This document shows, in pieces, positions 1 through 12,607 of a DNA stretch of 64,000 nucleotides (its first letter is position 1; every line of letters begins with the position of its first letter). The notes under the pieces were generated by a model. That model was not told the DNA's origin. It made no database searches and was given only the letters and a program-made list of their open reading frames with translations. The DNA comes from Perna viridis (lineage: Eukaryota), in the NCBI GenBank assembly GCA_037379345.1, contig CM074517.1, forward strand, positions 5,642,001 to 5,706,000. The letters run 5' to 3'. Made by a program: the position numbers and the translations under genes.

Positions 1-264
1 TTTACAAAATTTGATTTTATTTATACTAAAGACACTGACATCAAACACAAATTTGCAAGATGCTATTTCTATTGTATATGGACGACACATAACAGCCTCA
101 TATCACGAATTATGTGGTGTGTTTCTACATGTCATCAGTATATATCCAGTGTGCATGAAGGAGTTACGCAAGCAATTAAATATATTATTATATCTCAGCC
201 TTGACAAGTATTTCAAACTTGAGAAATTGGTATTGTTAATACTTCCTCTACGGTTGTATCTGAT

Positions 265-2375
265 AGAGAATCATGGCACCTTCAGAGAGAAGACACAGAG
301 AACGTTATCATACTGAAGAGCACACATAGCACCTTAAGTGAAGCCAATAACAGTGTCATCATACTAAGAATGAGACAAGGCACCTTCAGAGAGAAGCCAA
401 AACGAACGTTATCACACTAAAGAGCACACATGGCGCCTTCAAAAAAGTCGGAAACAACATCGGCATTACCGAGGAGAATATGGAACGTTCATAGAAGCCA
501 ATATCAACGTTAGCATTACTGAGTGGTAAATATGGTACATGTACCATCAAAGAAACTAAAACCAACGTCATCAATCTGAGGAGACGAAACCAACGTGATC
601 GTATTGAGCAGTTCACACGGCATATTCAGAGAAACCAAGACTAATAACAGAATTAACAAGAACACAAGGCACATTCAGAAAAGCCAAATGCAACGTCCTA
701 ATATTGACACCCTTAGGAAAACCTAAACCAGCGTCATCCGACTGAGAAGTACACATGCTCCACAGAAGCCAATACCAACGTCATCTCTACCGAGGTGTAA
801 ACATAGCATATTCAGAGAAGCCGAAGCAAACGTCATTGTACCTGGGGAATACACATGGCATCTTCAGAGATTAAATATGCCAAAACTAACATCATGATAC
901 TGAGGAATTGACATAGCACCTTCAGAAAAGTCTAAAACCAACATCACTATACTGAAAAATACTCATGGCACCTTCAGAAAAGCCGTTACAAAAATCAGCA
1001 TTATCGGGGAGTACACAAATACACAAAACACTTTCAGAAAAGCCTTAAACAACGACATCATACTGAGGAAAACACAAAACACTAAACTGGCGTCAGCTTT
1101 TCCGATAACAATTCACATTCAGAAAAGCCAAAACCAACGTATCGTACTGGGGAGTACACATGACTCCTTCAGGGAGCAGAAACAAATATCAGCATTTCCG
1201 ATGAGTACACATGGCACCTTCAGAGAAACCGAAACCAACGTCATCATACAGATGAGAACACAAGACTTTTCCAGATTAGCCGAAACCAACGTCGTCGTAC
1301 TGAGGAGTACACGCGATCCTTTCATAGTATTTGAAACAACGTCATTATATTGTGGAGAACACATGACACATTCATAAAACCCTTAACTGGCATTAGCATC
1401 TCCGAGTACACAATTCACATTTAAAAAAAACAAAAACCAACGTCATCGTACTGAGGAGTACACATGGTACATTAAGAAAATTCTAAACCAACGTAATCAT
1501 TACTGAGGATTACACATAACACCTTCAGAGAAGCCGAAACCAACGTCGTCATCTTTACTGGGGATTACAAATGACACCATCAGAGAAGCCGAAACTAACG
1601 TCATCATTACTTCGAGATGCACATGACACCCTCAAAGTAGCTTAAGTTAACACCATATTACTGAGGAGTACACATGACGCCTTCAGAGAAGCCGAAACCA
1701 ACGTCATCTTCACTGAGGAGTACACTTGACGCCTTCAGAGAAGCCTATGTCAACGTCATATTACATAGGAGTACACATGTAACCTATAGAGGAGACAAAA
1801 CAAACGTCACCAATACTGAGGAGTACACATGGAATATTCAGAGAAGTCAAAACCAACGTCGTCGTACTGAGTAGTATACATGATCCTTTCAGAGTATCTG
1901 GAAACAACGTCATCATACTGTATAACACATGGCACATTCAGAGAAGCCTAAACTAGAGACAGAATTTTCGAGTACACAATTCACATTCAGAAAACTAAAA
2001 ACGTCATCCTACTGACGAGTACACATGGCACTTTAAGACAATCCTTAACCAACATCATCATTACTGAGGAGTACACATTACACCTTCAGAGAAGCCGAAA
2101 CGAGCGTCATCTTTACTGGGGAGTACATATGACACCTTTAGAGAAGCCTAAGTTAACATCATCATATTGAAGAATAAACATGGCACCATTAGGGAAGCCG
2201 AAACCAACGTCATCAGCCTAAGGAGTTCACATAGCACTCTGAGAGAAGCCGATACCAAAGTTTTCATACTGAGGAGTACACATGACACCTTCAGAGAAGC
2301 CGAAACCAACGTCTATATACTGACGAATATACATTGCACCTTCAGGAATGTCTAAACTGACGTCATCAGACTGGG
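265..2375. repeat. Degenerate tandem satellite, ~51-bp monomer (TACTGAGGAGTACACATGGCACCTTCAGAGAAGCCGAAACCAACGTCATCA), ~40 copies
   Basis: CATGGCACC-like anchors recur at 272, 325, 376, 428 and onward (51-53 bp spacing) to ~2370. The short ORFs over it are repeat translations. Confidence 0.93.
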
Positions 2376-5300
2376 GACAACATGTACATAATATTTAGGA
2401 GCCAGCAACATGTGTTTGAGCAGCTTTTTTTTTTGGCAAGTACGTACATTTTATTCGATCGAATATTCGAACGGTTCAGCTATTGATTGATAGATGAATG
2501 CATATTTATTTGCGTTCCATCTCTGTGTCTCTCTGTGATTCATAATGAAGGGCTTTGAACTAAGTTATCACTTTATTTTTCCGACGCAGTCTCTTTTTAC
2601 CCTTTGCCTTAAAGACGCTCTTTCATGAAAACACAAGTCACCTGATCGCAATTCTGTTTCCCGATTGGCCAAATACTGATAACTTACTGGCGTTCGAAAA
2701 AAATGTATCGAAAATTAAAATTGCGTGCCATGTGTTATTTCCTGAAAGAAATATAGAAAATTATAAAGAACTACGTCGTCTCTCTTTATTTTTTATTAAA
2801 GATAATACTTGTTTTTATTGTAAGTTATTGAACTCTTTCTCTATTTTCCCTACTTGGTATAATTTGTCATGTTCTTGCAAATGAAATCCATTATGTTCTG
2901 CGGTTTAACTTAATTAAATAAAACACCTTGCGCCAACCAATTGTCTTCCTGGGGCTTCGATTATATAACCAACAATAAAAAGTAAAAACTGATTTAAAAA
3001 CAATTTTATTTATGGCAAGGGTATAATATATACAACAAATATTCGGACAATACAACAAGCCTTGTGATGAAAAATGTACTCGCTTAACAATAGATTCATA
3101 CACAATAATGTTAAATTCTGTTCACTCATAGTAACGCGATTAATTAATTAATTTCATTTTACCAAAGAGTACCAAATTTCGTGGTTTTGCGAAAAAACTT
3201 GTTCGTGGAATATAAAATTCGCGATATGAGAATACATTGTTGTTAGTAATCTTATTTATCTTAGTAATCTTATTTATCTTATTATCTTACAGGTAACCCC
3301 GAGAGTTGGTACTCACGAATGATAACGTTATAATACAATCTACTCATTGTTCTTGCATAAATTTATATTCTGGACTTTAGTTAGAGAAAAACTTCTTTGC
3401 AATGCTCTGAACAATGATAATTGTCTCTTTATTGTTTTGATAGAGGAAAATGTTTTGAAATACTGTAACAAACAGAATCATTACAAATAAAATACATTCT
3501 ATATTTAGTAAAAACTGTTTACAAAAGGATAATATTGCGTATTCACATTAATTCGTATATCATGCTGTACAAAATTTCTGAAATAAAAAAAAACAAAGAA
3601 GAATATTTAATTAGAATTAGTTCGATGATTCTTTTTTGATGTGGGTTTTCCTTCCATGTAAATTAATGCTAAGATCACCATTTATTTCATTTTCCAATTG
3701 TATCAATATTCCAGTATATCATATTTATCAAAATGTCTTCATGTAATTACATGCTTACTCATTGTGTTTTTTTTTTTTTTTTTCAAATGACATTTTCTAA
3801 AATGAGTTGTTTATATTTCATTTAAGGATAGTATTACTTCACAATGGATGTAGTACATAAAATTAAACTGATGAATGATTTGAACAAAATGTAAATTCAC
3901 GAACGATTGAATTATTCGGGTATTCTATTGTTAAAATAATATGTGAATTAATTATAAATTAGAAATAATATCATTTACTGACGCATGGGTATTGGACTAC
4001 AAACAATGCAGTCTGTCAAACGACACTTTCGCGTTCAATGCGGTGCAGCCGATGTAATGAGCACGCGTTCTCCCGCGAGGTAGGATTTTCATTCCTTGCG
4101 GAAGTGTACATTAAATATGCCCCTCGACTACCATAGAGGCTAAACTAAAAAAAGTTAGGAAAATCATAGTTATTCAAATAAGGCCTTCAAAAATGATTAA
4201 ATTATTTGAGAATGTCTAGTATAAATTTCTTAATTTTGTAAAACGACGAACTGATTTCATATACTATTAATTACTGGCATGCGCCGTTACACGTCGGTTA
4301 CAGGGTAGGACAAAGCATAACACTCTCTTCGAAAGACCGATTTTAGAAAAGAGAATTCCAGAAAAAAGGGGGTTCCAGGATTTTTAACCTTGCTAAAGAT
4401 AAGCGAAATTAACTGAGAATTCAAATAGGATGAATATTCCGATATCTGGAACATTCCCCCTTTCCCTTATATCTACAAATGAACCAGATACATGTAGAAT
4501 ATTCTGATGCATGTTTTAAGAAAGACAATTGGCTGTGAAAATTAATTTATATTATAAAATTAGCACATGGCGAGCCCCATGTTTTCCTTTTAGGAAAACA
4601 AGAATTGATATCTATTATAATTACATTTTAAAAGAAAATACAAACATTCATATCTAACAAACGCTTCCTTTTTCATAACAAGAAAATATTAAAAAAAGAT
4701 CCAATTAATAAAAATTAAAAGCTCATTTTGGAATTTGTAGTTTATCCTTTACCAGGAAGTTATGGTACATATGTGTATCGGACCAGGGCGAAGTTGGAAG
4801 GCCAATTCAACGGTTGTATAAAAACGCAGGTAAGGATGTCCTCCATAGTTATATTGCCACTATTATTGCACACACACTAAATATATAAGTTTTCAGTCAT
4901 TAGAAATCAGAATTACAGAAATACTGAACAAAAAGAATGAAGTTCCAACAATACAGCACCCTGTCTCTCTTATACTATATAAATTACGAAGAGCAGATGC
5001 CAGCCAAAATATTTTCTCGGAAATTACAAAGGAATGATTTCTGCACTCGATGCACAAATACAAATCGTTTCGTGTACGTCTTAAAACGATGTCTTATGGT
5101 GTCCAAGTGTTCGTCTCTAAAATTCTTATGTTATCAAACGCAGTCTTACTTTTCGTAAAATAAAATAAAAATCGTACAAACAAAGGAAAGAAATCTTCAT
5201 TCGGTGCAATTTTTGCTTTACGTTGATGCTTACCTGTTGTAGGTTTTTCCCTTGACCATTTCTTTCTTACTATGACGTATTATTTGTAGTGGACAAATGA

Positions 5301-6469
5301 CATGTGGTTGCGTGTACTGAAAAAGCCAATTCAACAACACTGTAAAAACCTATCTCTTTAATCCCAAGGGTGGGGAACTAACGTAATAGGAATTATAAAA
5401 TCAATTCGCATCTAGCAAGTTATCCCACCATAATTAACCTATTGCCCTTCCTTGCCAGAGTACTATGTAACACCCACAAGTTTTCCCAAGACATTTAAAT
5501 TATTCAAATCTGGATCGTCTAAATCCAACGTTAAAACATTAATGGGAAAAAACCTATTTTCCGTGATAATTATCACTCAATATACAAAAAATGTATACAA
5601 ATGAATCATGTTTTTATAATTAGATACACTAAAACCGATCCAAACTAAATTATCAATAACTTATAATGTCTCTAGGCAAAGTCAATTGTATATGAATTTT
5701 TTTTTGAAATTGTGAAAAGAAAACACGGTACTGCCTAAAAAAGACAAAGAATTCGGTTTGAACAAGTGTATTATGGTTATATTTTTTTAAGATAAGGGAA
5801 ACACAAGTAGACAATGATAGACATAGTCATAAGGGACTTGTTAATATTTAGGACAATGTTTCAGACGGTGAATGAAGTTGGTGGTTGTATGCTAATATGT
5901 ACAACCTCAAATAGTCATCCTCTCAGACCTCGAAGAATTTAATCAAATAACCATTCTTTACAAGATCTACAGAGCTTATATTGTTATATCGACTTTAAAG
6001 TTTACTTGACTTGACTTTTGTCATGAAAATTTACGTTTAGTAATACGTTCTGTTTTACTAACGAACATTTTTTTCTGTACAGCACTACTACTGTGTGAGA
6101 GCAGCAAAAGACTAAGTATTCAATCAAAAAACAATCCACGATTTTAAACTGTAAAAGTTATTATAGCAATTTATAAGTAATGTGCATACTAGTATTTATC
6201 TAAATTTTATCTCCATTAACTGTTGTTAATTCAAAAATTTATACCATGTTGCTGCTTAGATGACCATCCAATTCAATATCGGTCAATAAGGTTTCAATTG
6301 ATTTTAACTAAATATTCTATTGATAGCGTTTACATGAAATGATTGGAATAAGTTCAAAATATCTCACACTTCTTTGAACGATTTCACAAGTAGAACACTT
6401 ATAGCACTATACTTAATATTTTTGCATGATTGACCATTCATCTCAAATAGTTTCAGTTGTTCAGCTTAA

Positions 6470-6472
<3 letters not shown>

Positions 6473-6515
<43 letters not shown>
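6473..6515. repeat. (AC)n microsatellite, ~21 units
   Basis: Directly visible; ~0.8 kb downstream of the receptor stop codon. Confidence 0.98.
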
Positions 6516-6516
<1 letters not shown>

Positions 6517-7300
6517 TTAAACATACGTACGTATACATGCATATACAACTTTTACATACATCTTTGACTTATATTGAGTATAACAACTGAATGTCACATA
6601 AATTACTTGGAAATAAGTTCATCTATATCAGGCCAAAATAGCCAATAGCACTATTTACTGAATTGGAAACTATAATTGCGTGTAAAGATACTATGAATAT
6701 CCTATTTACATATCGACAGAATTAAGTAGCTGACCGTATTTGATTGTGATGGAAGAAAAACAGGCAATCCAAAAAAAAATAGATACGTGTCTCAGAAAGT
6801 GAACAAAACCTAATGTCTCAGTATGTTTAACTACATGTACACGTCTATGTGCATAAAATGTATTGATTCATCTGGCTTTTAAGTGTTGCTGGTACCTCAA
6901 AACGATTTTATTAATTTATTAATTTCAAAAAGTGGATTCCCTTTTCATAAAACATGTCCACTGGCTCTAGATTATATTTGCACGTTATATTTTTGCACTT
7001 TAATTTATATTTGAATAGAATTTGTCCACGGACTTTCCCTTATTTGTACCATCCACATTGCCAATTATCAATCTGCATTTAATAAAGAGAAAGTGGGGCT
7101 AATTCAAAACATTGTATCCTGAAGAAAGACAGGGCTACTTAAAACCAGTTCCAATGACACTAAAATGCCTTGAAATTATGACCGTCTTGCGTTTTTAACT
7201 GAGTAAAAAAATGGAAATGAATAGTAGTACTTGTAATGTACAGTGCATGATGTTGGATTGCCTGTTCGAAAAAAATATATATATACTTTAGGTACAAACA

Positions 7301-9370
7301 CTATGTCTTATGGAAGTCAAATCTCAAAAGTCGTAAAAATGTTCTTTTGAATTGTTGATTGGCAAAAGCGTAACAGAACGGGTTGACGGGACTATTTAAG
7401 TAACATAACCAGTATGTGAAACTATAGAGTATAACATTTACACAGTCAGCTTTGCCACAAACACCGATGATGAACACCATCACATGATAGGGTGTCCAAC
7501 AAAGCACATAAGCACCTAAGATGAAGCTTATTGTTCGTAAAGCTTTCCGTGCTCGATTCTCTGACTTTGACTTTCTATTGTCTGCTTTCTGCTTTTCGCG
7601 TTCTCTTTGTTTTTGTTTCGCTCGTATTGACTTGACAAGAGCATGAAAGGGACTCCCAAACTTGTGTGTCTTTTCACTGGTTTCTTCGGCGGTGAGTTTT
7701 TGTCCCATGCTTTGTTGTTTTACAAGACCTACGACATTGTTCCAGGTTTTGCCGTTAGCAGGCAACGGTTTTAAAGAATTTGTATTTGCCATTACTGTAA
7801 TGTTTGTACCAGGTTGCTCGTGCTCCTCGTGCATGTCAACACCACTATCTAACATAGAAACGCACGTGGATAGCTCTTCCGGTATGGGAATGGGAAGATA
7901 CTTGTCCTTACGTTTTTTCCACACCGGGGAGCTTCTATCGTCATCTGTGGAGGAAGCATATTCAATAATAGGTTCAGATAACAGTCGTATATTTTCGGCC
8001 GACTGTAATGATTTCAAACTCTCTTCATCTATGTATTTACATCCACACAAAATATCGTTCTCCAAGAGTGCATCGGTGGACTTCGGGGTGTTTTCCATGT
8101 GCATCACAGCGTTATGATAGTTATTAATTTCTTCCGAATGCTTTTCTACCGAATCACTCTTTTCTTTATCATCATCCGACGATGTTGGCGCAGTAATCGA
8201 TAGAGCTATTTTAGAAACCTGGTTGAACGATTGACCCAACATTCCCTTTAACGATGGCCGATATGTAGTGTCGGTTTGGACAGCACTATTTACAAAGCAA
8301 GTTTGTTCATCGTCTATATCTTCGTGTCTGTGTTTATTCTTATGAGATTTATGATTTCCACAAGCACCTTGGCTACTGCTATTTTCATCGTCTGATGCAA
8401 AAGCCGGAGAGCTTGATCGGTCCTCCTCTGGATGTTTCGTAAAGCTTGTTGTGTCTATATGTTTTGGATTTTGGTTGTCTACTTCATTTGCAGTATCATT
8501 TATGGTTGGTACTGTTAATGTTTTGTTGTTCTTTTTAGATTTATTTTTATCCTTTGATAAACCCATTGCAGTAGTCATTCGTTTTTGTTTAGCCTCTGAC
8601 TTTTTCTGCAACGAGAGTGCCACATTGTATATACCTGCATATAGCCCAATCATAACGGCAAGAGTGGTCCAATAGTAACCTATAGTCAACAGAAATGTAA
8701 ACAAAGGATCACTCATAAACTGCACTTCACATGTGTCCGGATCAACAGTCCGTTTTCCTACGAAATATTGCCATCCTATAATGGAAACGAAAAACACAAC
8801 AGAAGGAATAATCCATGTAAATGCTACCATTATCACGACTTTCCTCTCAGTCCGCCAGTTTCTATATTTAGCCGGTATTTTTACAGAAAAAAATCTATCT
8901 ACAGTTATGAAAAATACGGTATATTGCGACGCTAAACAAACAGTCCAATCTAAAGAAAGCCACAGGTCGCATAACATCTCTCCCAATGGCCAATATCCTA
9001 GCAACAAATATAAGGTAAAACAAGGCATAGAAAATGTACCAATCAAAAGATCGGAAACCGCTAAAGATGCTATAAAATAATTCGTTGGTTGTCGTATATT
9101 TCGTTCTAAAGCAAACGACAATAGCACAAGGATATTCCCGCCAATTGTAACGATAATCACAATGGCGGCCATTAATCCTAGAAGAACTGTCAACCATAGT
9201 GCATAGGGAGGGGAGTAGTTAGGTGTTCCTGATGTGTCAGTTAAATTTGTACATGTATTATTAACGATACTTCCGTTACACGTGCAGTTGTCAACAACAA
9301 CCAAACCGACATCACAGATTGCATCCATTGCCAGTAATACCACTTCCGATGATATGTTTGCTATTGCCAT
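7301..9370 (-). CDS. mAChR-B: Muscarinic acetylcholine receptor, invertebrate B-type (Drosophila mAChR-B / C. elegans GAR-1/GAR-2-like), 689 aa, uninterrupted ORF
   Basis: Seven TM segments with class A motifs: GNILV (TM1), LAVSD (TM2), CDLWLSLD with D3.32 = D141, DRF, CWTPY (TM6), YWLCYLNSPVNPFCY (TM7). B-type signatures: TVCLASQYTV, DRFFSVKIPAKYRNWRT, GYYWTTL without P5.50, WTPYH, ANQQFKRTF. Six N-glycosylation sequons in the N-terminus and a ~360-aa ICL3. Confidence 0.95.
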   Translation of the reverse strand: MAIANISSEVVLLAMDAICDVGLVVVDNCTCNGSIVNNTCTNLTDTSGTPNYSPPYALWLTVLLGLMAAIVIIVTIGGNILVLLSFALERNIRQPTNYFIASLAVSDLLIGTFSMPCFTLYLLLGYWPLGEMLCDLWLSLDWTVCLASQYTVFFITVDRFFSVKIPAKYRNWRTERKVVIMVAFTWIIPSVVFFVSIIGWQYFVGKRTVDPDTCEVQFMSDPLFTFLLTIGYYWTTLAVMIGLYAGIYNVALSLQKKSEAKQKRMTTAMGLSKDKNKSKKNNKTLTVPTINDTANEVDNQNPKHIDTTSFTKHPEEDRSSSPAFASDDENSSSQGACGNHKSHKNKHRHEDIDDEQTCFVNSAVQTDTTYRPSLKGMLGQSFNQVSKIALSITAPTSSDDDKEKSDSVEKHSEEINNYHNAVMHMENTPKSTDALLENDILCGCKYIDEESLKSLQSAENIRLLSEPIIEYASSTDDDRSSPVWKKRKDKYLPIPIPEELSTCVSMLDSGVDMHEEHEQPGTNITVMANTNSLKPLPANGKTWNNVVGLVKQQSMGQKLTAEETSEKTHKFGSPFHALVKSIRAKQKQREREKQKADNRKSKSENRARKALRTISFILGAYVLCWTPYHVMVFIIGVCGKADCVNVILYSFTYWLCYLNSPVNPFCYAFANQQFKRTFLRLLRFDFHKT

Positions 9371-9407
9371 AGTGACGCCACCTTTAGGTTCTAGGTCATC
9401 CTTTGCC

Positions 9408-9430
9408 CTGAAAAAGAATTAGAATTTTAA
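9408..9430 (-). promoter_or_regulatory. Splice acceptor upstream of the receptor coding exon
   Basis: Minus strand reads ttaaaattCTAATtctttttCAG|GGCAAAGG...ACT ATG: branch-point-like CTAAT, pyrimidine tract, CAG. The exon would start at 9407, 37 nt before the ATG. Confidence 0.75.
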
Positions 9431-11791
9431 TTTTGAAGATTTAAATTCTTCTTCATCTCTTTATGGAGTTGTGCATACATTTATCTTAAGTACTCATAAG
9501 AACAGAGTTGAGTTTTTGTAAATTTTGTTCAGGTACAGTAGTGGAAATTTATTATATCGCTGTGCAAAAGACATTATCTAATATGCAATAGACTCCTCAA
9601 AACCGGCATTATTAGTTGAAAATCTTGTAATTTACTTTGTGTTACAGCAAACCCGTTATTATGAAATAAAAACTCATGAACAAGGGTCATTTCGTATAAT
9701 GCTTAACAGAAGTCCATCAGCGCGTCCTTGTCATTACAATCATAATTTTTTATTCTTTTTTTCTATCAAGCTGCTTTCAGGTGATTAATCAGTGATGATT
9801 GTTGTGTGACTTCTTGGCATTTCAAAGTTCAAACTTAAAATTTGCTCCAAGATATACACATTCAACGTTTGCGTATTATTGTATAAACGGATGGTTCTTT
9901 ATGATGGATACATTTTCTCTTTTTTATTCATTTGTTTTGAATTTCACCTGTGAAATCAACACCCAACAAACTGTTGTATCCGACAATGTTTTTGGTTTAC
10001 TGGGTTAAACAGATTTCGTTATGTTTAGTTTTTTTTTTCAAATGCAGTTTTAGAATTCAAAATATACTAAAACAAAGAATTTTCTCTCTTTCTGGTTTAA
10101 GTCTACTAGCCTTTCAACAATGAATATTGTAATGAAAAATCCTATTCCTTTTTTATTCGCCCGAAAAGTCACAAAACTTAAAAAAAAACAAAAAACAAAA
10201 AACAAAAATAAACAAACAAACAAACAAAATTACGTCTGAGAATATTCTTAAATTTCATTTTAACTCTAATCAAAGTTTTTAAAATAAATCACTTCACAAA
10301 CAGTTCATAATTTTCTCAGAATTATTTTTCAAGTTTTGTGATGCTAGAGCCCGACCTTTTTATCTAAATACAAATTGATTTTTAACCCGAAATTAGGACG
10401 AAAAGACTGAGGGATTGAAAACGTTATGTCATAACACCTTCGCTAAAATTACATAAAAATATACATATACTTCTAAAAGGGGTCTACAACTGTTCAAAAT
10501 ATTATTTCCGACTTAAAATGTAAAAAAAAATAAAAATGCTGAATTTGGTATATTTATGAAACAAGACTTTCTTACCATGAAATTATAGTATTTTATATAT
10601 ATAGTATGAGTTTCTTTGCGCATGCACATGAATTCAGAACGCAAACCCATATAAAAGCTAATGAAATGTCAATTAGGAACTTTCACATATTTTTGTCTGG
10701 GTTGTTAACCTTACAAGTTTAGAACATAGACCTCTGAATCCTATTATCTCAATTATATTTTTCTCTGTCAAATGGAAGATGTCACAAAGAACGAAATGAA
10801 GAAGCATAAACATATTACACTCTGTAATAGGTTAACAAACGCAACTAGCGTTGAAACAGGTTTAATTCGACACACATTGTGATCGACCCAAATTATGTGA
10901 ATTAAGTTATTTGAATACAAATATGAGTGAACTCATAAGTTTAGATCAGTAAGGACATGGAAGATATGGATCTAGATAGCAATGTACTCAAACATAGGCG
11001 CCGCAAAATATCAGGAATACTTTGACGTTGAGCACGATGTTGCGTTAAATGTATCCTCCTAAATGTATCCAATAAAAGTAATAAGAAGGTTAAGGAAGCG
11101 GAGAAATATTTGACTGGTTGCATAGTTATATGTAGTGAACAAAAATACTCCCAAAACCTTCGTAACAACTGTTGTTGCTCAGTATTACCATAAATATGAG
11201 TTTCTAAACGATCTATGGATTTCCATGAATTTGACAAAATATTTTCTTTTTGGTATGTTTTTAAGAAAACCTCTAAGGTTTCTCTTGAATGATATAGTAA
11301 AGAATTCAAGAGCGATTGTAATTGGTTGCACCTTTTGAGTAATAACACAATCATATGAATTCAAGCTACTAAAATAAGCGAAAAATAATCATGTTTTGAG
11401 TGTATATTAAACTCATGTTAAAAACTGCATGAAATCTTAAGAGCAAAATAAACATGGCGGTGTCGTGTAGCTTAGGTTGTTTTTTGGCCTTTGAATTAGT
11501 TTAACATATTACATCTATATCAATCTTGCTAATATAATAAAGCACAAGCTTTCACTTATTCATTAGCAAACAAATATTTTCCTGCTAAATTATCCATTTT
11601 GTGTGCCTAACGCACATAAATGAATATTACATGACCATGTTTTAACCAATAAGAATATCTTATTTTTCTGTGATAGGAAATAACGATAACTATTTCACGT
11701 ATCCTACAAAAACTATATATTTTTTGTTAATACAGGTTTAACTGTAATAAGTCGTTAACAGCAACATTGTACTACATTGTACGGAATTATA

Positions 11792-12345
11792 TAAATACTA
11801 CATGTAGTGATGTTTTGTACGGAATTACATAGCTACTACATGTAGTCCTATTTTGTGCAGGATTACATAGCTACTACATGTAGTCCTATTTTGTACAGGA
11901 TTACATAGCTACTACATGTAGTCCTATTTTGTACAGGATTATATAGCTACTACATGTAGTCCTATTTTGTACAGGATTATATAGCTACTACATGTAGTCC
12001 TATTTTGTACAGGATTATATAGCTACCACATGTAGTCCTATTTTGTTCAGGATTACATAGCCACTACATGTAGCCCTATTTTGTACAGGATTACATAGCT
12101 ACCACATGTAGCCCTATTTTGTACAGGATTACATAGCTACTACATGTAGCTCTATTTTGTACAGGATTACATAGCTACTACATGTAGCTCTATTTTGTTC
12201 ACGATTACATAGCTACTACATGTAGCCCTATTTTGTTCAGGATTATATAGCTACTACATGTAGCTCTATTTTGTTCAAGATTACATAGCTACTACATGTA
12301 GCCCTATTTTGTTCAGGATTACATAGCCACTACATGTACATGGAA
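11792..12345. repeat. 38-bp minisatellite (TAGCTACTACATGTAGTCCTATTTTGTACAGGATTACA), ~14.5 copies
   Basis: Exact 38-bp periodicity (11830, 11868, ...) and high identity between units. Confidence 0.97.
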
Positions 12346-12540
12346 TTATATATGCAGTTCCAAACCAGACATACTAATACCTACCGGTATTAAATTATCA
12401 TGTTAACAAGTTTTTTTGTAATGATGTTACTAGATATGATATGGGCAAATTGAATTACCGATTTCCATTTACTTTGATCTAGGTACACAAATTGCCAATT
12501 ATTTTACTTAACAAAGAATGATCGAAATAGACGATATCAG

Positions 12541-12542
<2 letters not shown>

Positions 12543-12602
<60 letters not shown>
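12543..12602. repeat. (TA)30 microsatellite
   Basis: Directly visible. Confidence 0.98.

Positions 12603-12607
<5 letters not shown>

Noticed and set aside
6905-6920. Two AATAAA hexamers on the minus strand as the receptor poly(A) signal
   Set aside because: Plausible, but AATAAA is too frequent in DNA this AT-rich to assign without transcript data.
7662-9422. Antisense and alternative-frame ORFs over the receptor
   Set aside because: Shadow ORFs of a real coding sequence, with no recognisable domains.
11792-12345. CRISPR-like array (38-bp palindromic repeats)
   Set aside because: No unique spacers, no cas genes, and a eukaryotic context.
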